64,000 nt of DNA, from NCBI GenBank assembly GCA_016839365.1, contig JAEOUH010000044.1, positions 18,567-82,566 on the forward strand, given 5' to 3'. The notes beneath the pieces were generated by a model. It saw nothing but the letters and a program-made list of their open reading frames with translations. It was not told where the DNA came from and ran no database searches. A program made the translations under genes and the position numbers. Each line of letters opens with the position of its first letter. The first letter of the stretch is position 1. Of the stretch, positions 39,488 to 47,059 are shown piece by piece. The stretch comes from Candidatus Hermodarchaeota archaeon (lineage in GTDB: Archaea; Asgardarchaeota; Hermodarchaeia; Hermodarchaeales; Hermodarchaeaceae).

Positions 39488-40153
39488 TTGGCATCGAAGG
39501 TTAGAGTGGATGGAGCTGTTCGGACAGAGTCGAAGGCAACAACCAGTTTTTTGAAACAGGCATACCACCTGTATACTTCAAAACAGGTCCACCAAAATCT
39601 AATCCTGCCTTCACTGCGTATCCTCGCAAATCACCTTGGAACCCAGGAGATTGGGCGTGAACCTGAAGCACTCTTTGCAGCCGCTATCTATATTGCCTTT
39701 CGCCATCCTAATACCTACCCGAATCTCGTTCCTCGCAGCTATTTCTCAGCAGAAGCATCCCAAACTGCGAAGCGCCGACCAGCAGAGCCCCTATTTCACC
39801 AATCATTTGATGTTAAGGATACGAGCATAGATTGGTATGCAAAGCGAATCGTAGAAAAATTAGATATCATTGTCTTATACGATGAACGAGGACTTCCCTA
39901 TTATCTTGAACGAGCAGGACCAATCTTTCGGCTAATTGACGCTTTAGCTGAAGAGGCAGCAGTTGATGCTGTCTTAACTTCGAAAATTAGTGGTCGCCCT
40001 CTTCTTTTAGAACCTATTGTAAGGGTACTTCTGAATCGCATATTCAATGTACTACAGATTCTTCCAAAGGTGTTTTACAACTCCTTATACGAGAATCTGT
40101 TACCCCATGTTGAGGCTTCAGTTGAAAGTTCTAGAGCCGAAATGGGAGATTAA
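39488..40153 (+). CDS. Hypothetical protein, possibly cyclin-fold/TFIIB-core-like
   Basis: 221 aa. PEALFAAAIYIAFRH resembles cyclin-box helix 3 of TFB/Brf. The call is weak. Confidence 0.3.
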   Translation: MASKVRVDGAVRTESKATTSFLKQAYHLYTSKQVHQNLILPSLRILANHLGTQEIGREPEALFAAAIYIAFRHPNTYPNLVPRSYFSAEASQTAKRRPAEPLFHQSFDVKDTSIDWYAKRIVEKLDIIVLYDERGLPYYLERAGPIFRLIDALAEEAAVDAVLTSKISGRPLLLEPIVRVLLNRIFNVLQILPKVFYNSLYENLLPHVEASVESSRAEMGD

Positions 40154-40449
40154 CCGCCATTTTCCATATGGGTTTTGACTTCTTCCACAACAGTACGTCC
40201 TGCAACTACTTGATCAATCGAATGAACCGAGGCACCACAGGCCTCGAGAGCAGCTTTAACCTCTTCAAATCCGAGGTTCTCACCTTCAACAGTAACTTTA
40301 ATTGACTCAGTATGAGAGTCAACTTCGACAAGGGCAACGTTGACACCAACGACGCCATTAACTTTACCAACCAATGTTGCTATGTCCACGAGATTAGGGA
40401 CATGCGGTTTGAGAACATCTAGAACGAGTCGTTTGATACCCGAAGGCAT
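40150..40449 (-). CDS. DUF211-family protein
   Basis: 99 aa. IKRLVLDVLKPH...VEVDSHTESIKVTVEGENL resembles the conserved archaeal DUF211. Confidence 0.55.
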   Translation of the reverse strand: MPSGIKRLVLDVLKPHVPNLVDIATLVGKVNGVVGVNVALVEVDSHTESIKVTVEGENLGFEEVKAALEACGASVHSIDQVVAGRTVVEEVKTHMENGG

Positions 40450-40598
40450 CTTTGGAATACACTCCCAGCAATCTTCATCATAAATTGCTTAGATGTGTAA
40501 GGTTTGTGAAAGTTCTTGAAGTTTTCTATTCAACAAAAGTACAACTAATACTAACGCATTTCGAACGCGGTGATTTTGATGTACGCGGAAATGCATTC

Positions 40599-41783
40599 TT
40601 ATTCGGTGTGAACGCGGAAGAGGTCTATATCGCCTTGCATTTGCGTTAGAAATTCCCGGGTTGAGCGCTCAACATCTCGTGATTGGGTGATATAGCGTCC
40701 AACGACAATAATGTCAGCTTTCGCTTTGAGAGCTGCGTCGATGTTATTAGGTTGAATACCACCTGCCACTGAGACAAGGAGTCGTTTTCCTTTGAAAGCT
40801 GCTTTAACTTCCTTTACTACATCCCACTTATGGTCGGCTCGACCTTCGGTGTCGATTCCCCGATGCATTATGACGACGTTGGGTGGCATTTTCAGGCTCT
40901 GTAACTTAGTGATAGGATCTTCAACGTTCATCATGTCAACAAAGGAGTAAATTCCTAAACGATTGGTTTCATAGATGAACTGATCTATGGTGTCAATTGA
41001 TGCTAAACCTGCAACGACTACGGCATCTGCTGATTCATCGAATGCTAAGTCAACTTCAACCTTGCCTACGTCAAGTGTTTTTAGGTCAGCAACCAAGAAT
41101 TTGTCTTTGGCTACTTCACGGATATCACTGAGCACTGATGTACCGTACCGCTTAATGAGAGGCGTGCCTGCTTCGAGGATAATATTATCACTTCGTGGTA
41201 AGGCGGCAATAATCTTCTTAGTCGCCTCTATACTTGGCAGATCTAGCGCGATTTGAAGATAGGGTGGTCGCCATAACCGTGGTACCCGAAAACCCATGAT
41301 TGGATGGGTTGCTCGATCCTTGTCAAACATGATTTTGTCCACAGGCGGATAATTGGATAGGGCACGCTGAATTGACAGTTTTGTTGCTGCATAATTGTAA
41401 TGATAAATCCGTCGATAGTCCTTTGCGTCAGGATGAATGAAAACACTACAAATAATCACCCACTCATCCTCTTTTCCTTTGGGAATCATACCCTCTTCTA
41501 AGGCGTCGGCAACGGCTTTGGCCACAGCAGCTTGGGCGGGACCAAAGATCTTCTCTGCATCACCCATATCTTTCACTGTCACTTTAGGGATGATGAGTGT
41601 GTGAGGTTTGGGTGGTAGGTTTGGTCTGATAACTGCTAAGAGCGGAGAATGGCCATGTGAGACATTTGTCATTCCATGAGCGAAAGCCGTACCAACGGGA
41701 CCCGACTTTTCTCCGATAATTAGGTCGATATGGGCAATTTCGTTTCCTTTTCCAACGAGCGCTTCACCAACAAGATATACCAT
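40599..41783 (-). CDS. fae-hps: Bifunctional formaldehyde-activating enzyme / 3-hexulose-6-phosphate synthase (Fae-Hps)
   Basis: 394 aa. The N-terminal half (GEALVGKGNEIAHIDLIIGEKSGPVGTAFA) is Fae-like. The C-terminal half (LQIALDLPSIEATKKII...DLKTLD) is an OMPDC-like HPS barrel. Confidence 0.85.
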   Translation of the reverse strand: MVYLVGEALVGKGNEIAHIDLIIGEKSGPVGTAFAHGMTNVSHGHSPLLAVIRPNLPPKPHTLIIPKVTVKDMGDAEKIFGPAQAAVAKAVADALEEGMIPKGKEDEWVIICSVFIHPDAKDYRRIYHYNYAATKLSIQRALSNYPPVDKIMFDKDRATHPIMGFRVPRLWRPPYLQIALDLPSIEATKKIIAALPRSDNIILEAGTPLIKRYGTSVLSDIREVAKDKFLVADLKTLDVGKVEVDLAFDESADAVVVAGLASIDTIDQFIYETNRLGIYSFVDMMNVEDPITKLQSLKMPPNVVIMHRGIDTEGRADHKWDVVKEVKAAFKGKRLLVSVAGGIQPNNIDAALKAKADIIVVGRYITQSRDVERSTREFLTQMQGDIDLFRVHTE

Positions 41784-41890
41784 TAGATGTTGTCCCCAGT
41801 ATTGTTTTCAGAGTTCATAACTCCAACATCCGTTATAATAACGTTTTGTGACAATACCGACGGTGAAGTGTAGGAGAAATAATCACACGG

Positions 41891-42241
41891 CTACCAAGAA
41901 ATTTCTCGTTGGAAGAGAAGGTAGTGATTAATCCAGTTTGGATCACCTGTAGCTTGATAGGTATGGAGCCGCCACCCATCTTTTTGGTATTCAGCAATTG
42001 TCCTTGCGATATTTTTGTGATGGTTAACTTGCACACACACATACTCGAAGTCGAAATCTTTCATATGGATTACACCTATGAAGTTCTCAGAAAAATGGGA
42101 AATAAAAGGATTAGCTGTGGGCACTTGCCCTGGTTTGTCGTTATTTTGGTTAAAAAAAATTGACCAAAATCTTAATACGAAGCGATTGCCTGCTATCTTC
42201 CACTCGAAACCCAATGAATTTGGAGGTGTTATGCATGACAA
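41891..42241 (-). CDS. Hypothetical protein
   Basis: 116 aa with no recognisable motif. It overlaps a shorter same-strand ORF. Confidence 0.3.
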   Translation of the reverse strand: MSCITPPNSLGFEWKIAGNRFVLRFWSIFFNQNNDKPGQVPTANPFISHFSENFIGVIHMKDFDFEYVCVQVNHHKNIARTIAEYQKDGWRLHTYQATGDPNWINHYLLFQREISW

Positions 42242-42256
42242 CTGACCAAGACGGGG

Positions 42257-42628
42257 TTGGCTGCGAAATCCTCCATGAAAGGCAACTTTGAATTAGGTTC
42301 AACCTGGTACTTCGAGGGGCTGTTTCTACAACTGGCTAGCACACTCACTCAGATAGCTAAGACACGGTTAACAGAGAAACAACGATTTCTATTATTTGCG
42401 ACGCAACGGGCATTACGTTTCCATCCAAGTCTTTCTCCTACAGCCCTTGCAGATTTCTTAGCTAAGAAATTCAGGTTTCCATTGAGTACAACAAAGTTCA
42501 ATTTGAACGTTCTCAGAAATGCTGGATTATTAGAGATAAAATCGTCGAATAGCCGAAGAACCAGTGTTTGTCTTTCATATAGCGGTCAGCTACTCACGCA
42601 GCTTCTCCCGGAACCAGATTTCAAGTAA
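42257..42628 (+). CDS. Hypothetical winged-helix-like protein
   Basis: 123 aa. LNVLRNAGLLEIKSSNSRRTSVCLSYSGQ is wH-like. Confidence 0.3.
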   Translation: MAAKSSMKGNFELGSTWYFEGLFLQLASTLTQIAKTRLTEKQRFLLFATQRALRFHPSLSPTALADFLAKKFRFPLSTTKFNLNVLRNAGLLEIKSSNSRRTSVCLSYSGQLLTQLLPEPDFK

Positions 42629-42682
42629 ACAGTACTCAGGAAGTATATCATGAGGGGGGTGACCTCCTCATGGGCTTCTTTT

Positions 42683-43687
42683 TTACAACTTTGAAGCTAC
42701 CAGTTGCGTTAGCTCCACCAAGCGTGTACTGAACCCAGCCTCATTGTCGTACCAAGAAACAACATGAGCGTAGTTATCTTCGAGAATCTCCGTGAGCTGG
42801 CTATCAAAAATGGAAGAGTGAGGATTACCAATAATATCGGTTGATACGATAGGATCTTCGATATATTGCAAAATGCCCTTAAGTTCAGTTTGAGCTGCTT
42901 TGCGGAAGGTTTGGTTGAGTCCTTCTTTTGTTGTGTTTTTCTCTAGTTCGACGCTTAGATCAATTATCGATCCATCGGGAACTGGGACACGATAGGCCAT
43001 AGCTGCGATTTTGCCTTCGAGCTGCGGGAAGAGCCGAATAATGGCCTTAGCAGCACCTGTGGTTGTAGGTATGATGTTAATGGGTGCGGCACGAGCGCGT
43101 CGATAATCCGTGTGGACGGCATCGAGCATACGTTGGTCGAGTGTGTAGCCATGTATGGTGGACATGAATCCACGTTTGATGCCATAGGTTTCCATGAGTA
43201 TTTTGATAACCGGAGCAAAGCAGTTAGTGGTACATGAAGCATTAGAGATGATGTGATGGTTGTCAGGATCGTAGGTATGGTCGTTGACGCCAAGAACAAA
43301 CATGGCATCTTCACCTTTTCCAGGTGCGGAAATGATAACCTTCTGTGCACCTGCTTTTTGATGGAGCGCTGCTTTATCGCGGTCTCGAAAAACCCCTGTA
43401 GCTTCGATTGCAATATCTACCTCTAGCTGTTTCCAAGGAAGGCTAGCAGGGTCGCGTTCCTGAAATAGTTTGATAGGATGCTTGTCGATGAGGATTTCTT
43501 CCTTTCCGGCTTTGATGATTCCAGGATATTGTCCGTAAATTGAATCATAACGCAGCAGGTGGGCGAGGATGTTAGCATCTCCTAGGTCATTTGCTGCAAC
43601 AATTTCGAAATCTTTGACTTTCATCGCACCACGGAGAAAATTCCGTCCAATTCTTCCAAGTCCGTTGATGGCAACTTTTACAGCCAT
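42683..43687 (-). CDS. gap: Type I (bacterial/eukaryotic-type) glyceraldehyde-3-phosphate dehydrogenase. The start is moved to the internal ATG.
   Basis: Starts MAVKVAINGLGRIGR. Catalytic site SNASCTTNC. The ORF track's extra 35 N-terminal residues lack protein character. Confidence 0.85.
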   Translation of the reverse strand: MAVKVAINGLGRIGRNFLRGAMKVKDFEIVAANDLGDANILAHLLRYDSIYGQYPGIIKAGKEEILIDKHPIKLFQERDPASLPWKQLEVDIAIEATGVFRDRDKAALHQKAGAQKVIISAPGKGEDAMFVLGVNDHTYDPDNHHIISNASCTTNCFAPVIKILMETYGIKRGFMSTIHGYTLDQRMLDAVHTDYRRARAAPINIIPTTTGAAKAIIRLFPQLEGKIAAMAYRVPVPDGSIIDLSVELEKNTTKEGLNQTFRKAAQTELKGILQYIEDPIVSTDIIGNPHSSIFDSQLTEILEDNYAHVVSWYDNEAGFSTRLVELTQLVASKL

Positions 43688-43795
43688 AAGGCATTCCTCC
43701 ACGAAAGTGACGAATCGACGCCTTATGGCTATAAGTTTTTCCGCAATTATCAGAGTATACCAATGACGTTTAGGCTGGTATAACAGAAACAACTG

Positions 43796-44275
43796 TCAAG
43801 GTTCGTTGGTGAGTTGTTCTGTGATACTCTCTGGAAGAGGTTCACGGGCAAGGAGATAGATGACCGAAAGCAGAAACAAATCGAAATCTGAAAGGTCGTC
43901 AATATTAGCCCAAGGTGTTGATTCGAGCGTTACACACAAAACGAGGGGCTCTCGACCTTCGTTCAAAGCGTATATATGTCCCATTTTTATATCGACTTCA
44001 AATGTCGCCTCATCCCGTTGGATGACAATCCGGTTAGCGCGTATTGCAAAGCCCTCAGATTGAAGGATTTGTTTCAATCTTTCAAGGTTACGTGTTTGTG
44101 TTGGTTTTGGTTTACCTGTCACTTGGAGATTGCGTTGTTGACGGAGATTGTGCATCCACTGCTCGTTTTGTTTTTCGTCTTGAATTTCCGAGTCCGAAGA
44201 GGATTTCTTTGAACGTGAAGATGGATCGATGGAAATACACACCCCAAGTGGAGCTAGAATGGTTGACTTACACAC
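43796..44275 (-). CDS. Hypothetical protein. The N-terminal part is low complexity and the start is uncertain.
   Basis: 159 aa ORF. Only the C-terminal ~100 aa look globular. Confidence 0.3.
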   Translation of the reverse strand: MCKSTILAPLGVCISIDPSSRSKKSSSDSEIQDEKQNEQWMHNLRQQRNLQVTGKPKPTQTRNLERLKQILQSEGFAIRANRIVIQRDEATFEVDIKMGHIYALNEGREPLVLCVTLESTPWANIDDLSDFDLFLLSVIYLLAREPLPESITEQLTNEP

Positions 44276-44308
44276 TCAATGAGTGAACAAGCGAGAAAGT
44301 GGAGATGA

Positions 44309-44680
44309 CTACATGAATCCTCCAATGTTTGCTGACGCTTTAGCAATTTCAACGTAGGCGCCCTGCACATCCCCCTGAGGAGATACATAAGCTATGACAT
44401 AGCCCTTGTCCCGCGCGGCAGTGATTACAATCGACCCTTGCCCACGAACATTTGTGGCAACCAGGTGATGGTCTGTTGCTTGGATTGTGCTATACTTCAC
44501 ACCCTGGATTGTAATACTAGGTGGTTTACTTTGGACTGCTGAAAGAATTTCTGCGCCTGTGATTGTCCAGTTTGGAGTCGTGAATAGAACAGTTCCGTCC
44601 TTTCTGATGACTGAGACAGCCATGATTGTATTGTCGACTTGTTGCATGTAGTTGACCCATGCTTGTATATTTTCAGACAT
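44309..44680 (-). CDS. Profilin-like protein. The start is moved to the internal ATG at 44680.
   Basis: 123 aa beginning MSENIQAWVNYM. The C-terminal GVKYSTIQATDHHLVATNVRGQGSIVITAARDKGYVIAYV parallels eukaryotic profilin [38 protein letters not shown]. The upstream extension overlaps the DUF167 gene on the other strand. Confidence 0.6.
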   Translation of the reverse strand: MSENIQAWVNYMQQVDNTIMAVSVIRKDGTVLFTTPNWTITGAEILSAVQSKPPSITIQGVKYSTIQATDHHLVATNVRGQGSIVITAARDKGYVIAYVSPQGDVQGAYVEIAKASANIGGFM

Positions 44681-44762
44681 TTTTGTGCCTACACCTCTCA
44701 CTGCCAGATTGTATTTGGAATAATGATACATTTTTGAAATCGGTACTAAAAGGTTCTGTTGG

Positions 44763-45068
44763 ATGTCAATGATTGAGTTGCATAATAAGGGAACCTTACT
44801 GAGAATACAAGTCAAACCTCGATCGAAAAAAGAAGTAATCACAATCACTGAAAACGAGCTTTGTGAAGTTTATGTCAAAGCGCCGCCAACACGGGGTCAA
44901 GCTAACTTAGCCGTTGTCAAACTTATCGCGAAGAAGTTAGGCATCCAAGCTAATCGCGTTCGAATAATTTCTGGGGAAAAGACTCCAAACAAAGTACTGC
45001 TTATTGAAAACATGACTCCAGATTTATTCACTAAGGCATTGCGAAAGGTTGAAGTTCCTTTTAAATAG
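44763..45068 (+). CDS. DUF167/YggU-family protein
   Basis: 101 aa. LRIQVKPRSKKEVITI...VYVKAPPTRGQANLAVVKLIAKKLGI...VRIISGEKTPNKVLLI. Confidence 0.7.
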   Translation: MSMIELHNKGTLLRIQVKPRSKKEVITITENELCEVYVKAPPTRGQANLAVVKLIAKKLGIQANRVRIISGEKTPNKVLLIENMTPDLFTKALRKVEVPFK

Positions 45069-45090
45069 AAGATAAAAGGGAGGGGGATTC

Positions 45091-45912
45091 ATGTCTACAC
45101 TATTCCGGTTGCTTAGAATAATATCTGTGATTACAGTTACAATCTTAATCGTAATCCCATTAAATCCAATGCAAGTATCTGCTGCACTTGTGTGGAATGA
45201 AGACTTCACGGTTACTACTGTTGAAGAGTTGGACGATTGGGTCCTTCAAGGATATGAGCTGATTGATTCTACGTTCTACCAAGTTGATCATGGTTTCACC
45301 ATTGTGAATGGAGAGTTGACTGCAGAGGACGTGTATGTTCCATGGTCAATCTACATGTCCCAAGTGCGAAGAGCGATTCATAATAGTACCGTGGCATATG
45401 GTACTTGGAGTTTTGATTGGCGTGTTAGTGGAAGTCAGAATGGTTATGATGGAGTAGAGTTCATGTTTACTGACCTGCGAGATGAATACAATCTAACAGG
45501 AGAATTCACATCATATGCAATGACAGGATATACTCTTATTTTGGACACAATTGAGAATGATGAGATGTACATTGAGAAGTTCGCTGTAACACACGGCGTT
45601 ATCCTTGTTAGACATGATTTTCCTTCTGATTTAATTGGCCAACATCATATAGATATAACACGCTCCTTAGAAGGAGAGTTTAATGTGTATTTTGATGCAC
45701 AACTAGTACTCAATGTGATAGATGCTGATGTCACCTCTTGTGAGAAATTTAATTTTGTGTCATTTCAAGGAAACTCATCGATTGACAATATAGTCATTAG
45801 TGATAGTGTTGATGTTGCTCGATTTGAACTACCTATTGAACTCATTGTAATCGGGATTGGAATAGGTGTCACTGTTGTAGCTATTGTTATCTTCTTTAAG
45901 CGGAAGAAATAA
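45091..45912 (+). CDS. Secreted surface protein with a C-terminal TM anchor (paralog 1)
   Basis: 273 aa. N-terminal signal/TM. Lectin-like core. C-terminal hydrophobic helix followed by KRKK. Confidence 0.6.
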   Translation: MSTLFRLLRIISVITVTILIVIPLNPMQVSAALVWNEDFTVTTVEELDDWVLQGYELIDSTFYQVDHGFTIVNGELTAEDVYVPWSIYMSQVRRAIHNSTVAYGTWSFDWRVSGSQNGYDGVEFMFTDLRDEYNLTGEFTSYAMTGYTLILDTIENDEMYIEKFAVTHGVILVRHDFPSDLIGQHHIDITRSLEGEFNVYFDAQLVLNVIDADVTSCEKFNFVSFQGNSSIDNIVISDSVDVARFELPIELIVIGIGIGVTVVAIVIFFKRKK

Positions 45913-45951
45913 GACTAGATAAAAGGAACAGAGAGAAAGTGTGGTGGAATT

Positions 45952-46788
45952 TTGTTTCACAGATCCATCTCATTACGAATACTTGTTTTCTCCACTGTAT
46001 TATTCTTAGTCCCTTCCACTCTCTTTCCTACCACAGTATCTGCAGGACAATTTTGGAGTGAAGATTTTGAGGTTGATAATATAGAGTCCTTGGACGATTG
46101 GATTCTTCAGGGATACGAACTAGTTGATGACATATTTTGTGAAGTCGATCATGGATTCACTATTGAGAACGGAACGTTGACTGCTGAAGATGTCTATTAC
46201 TACTGGCCTAATGTTGGATACCACGGAGACCTGATCCATGTAAGAAGAGCTATCCATAATAGTACCGTGGCATATGGTACTTGGAGTTTTGATTGGCATG
46301 TATCCAGTAGTAATGTTTCCTTCGATTCTGTTAATTTTGTATTTACAGATTTAGAAAACAATTACAATTTATCTGGAGTATCTCAGGTTCCTAATCAGGA
46401 TGGTTATGCATTAATTTTTGACTCATTTGTTAATGGTGAGATCTACTTTGAGTTATTCCAAGGATTGGAGCGTTACGTATTAGCTAGACACACTATCATC
46501 ACTAGACCTAATGAGGTATTTCATTTTGAAATCATACGAGATTTATCAGGACAGTTTCAAATCAATCTCAATTCAGAATTAGTTATCGAGATAGCGGATG
46601 ATAGAGTCACCACATCGGAAACATTCAGTTTTGTTTCTTTTCAGGGAAATTCCTCGATCGATAATATTGTTGTTAGTGATAGCATTGAGGGCGCTCTATA
46701 TGACCAGACTCTTAAGATAGTAGCAATCAGTATTGGCATTAGCTTAGTAATTATTGCTATGGTCATTCTCTTGAAGCGAAAAACCTGA
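45952..46788 (+). CDS. Secreted surface protein with a C-terminal TM anchor (paralog 2)
   Basis: 278 aa. About half its residues are identical to the upstream gene, in the same motif order (WxEDF, LDDWxLQGYEL, RRAIHNSTVAYGTWSFDW, SFVSFQGNSSIDNIV). The C-terminal TM is followed by KRKT. Confidence 0.6.
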   Translation: MFHRSISLRILVFSTVLFLVPSTLFPTTVSAGQFWSEDFEVDNIESLDDWILQGYELVDDIFCEVDHGFTIENGTLTAEDVYYYWPNVGYHGDLIHVRRAIHNSTVAYGTWSFDWHVSSSNVSFDSVNFVFTDLENNYNLSGVSQVPNQDGYALIFDSFVNGEIYFELFQGLERYVLARHTIITRPNEVFHFEIIRDLSGQFQINLNSELVIEIADDRVTTSETFSFVSFQGNSSIDNIVVSDSIEGALYDQTLKIVAISIGISLVIIAMVILLKRKT

Positions 46789-47059
46789 TCTACGTTGGGA
46801 AAAAACTAGAAATGATCTAGTCCTAATTTCTCATACAATGAACGAAACTTTGGTATTATGAATGGCAGATATTAAAAACTGGAAAACGGGGTCTTTTGAA
46901 GAGAAATATAAATCGATGATGAAAGGCATGTCTGAGGCAGACAATGGTGCCATCGCTCTGGTTGAACCTGGCTTTCCTGTCGTTATTTGCATACTATGCC
47001 GCCATCTTGCGGGGTCATAATCCAGAGTTAGTAATAGCTGCACTTAACGCATGATCGGT

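Noticed and set aside
43688-43792. Upstream extension of the GAPDH ORF
   Set aside because: The added residues (MFLLYQPKRHWYTLIIAEKL...) have no counterpart in GAPDH. The canonical N-terminus MAVKVAINGLGRIGR begins at the internal ATG.
44681-44848. Upstream extension of the profilin-like ORF
   Set aside because: It overlaps the DUF167 gene on the opposite strand and lacks protein-like composition. The internal Met gives a profilin-sized product.
46831-47043. 70-aa minus-strand ORF and an unlisted 52-aa plus-strand ORF (46862..47020) between the surface-protein genes and lig
   Set aside because: Both are short and motif-free. The region is probably a terminator/promoter spacer. There is no evidence for either being coding.
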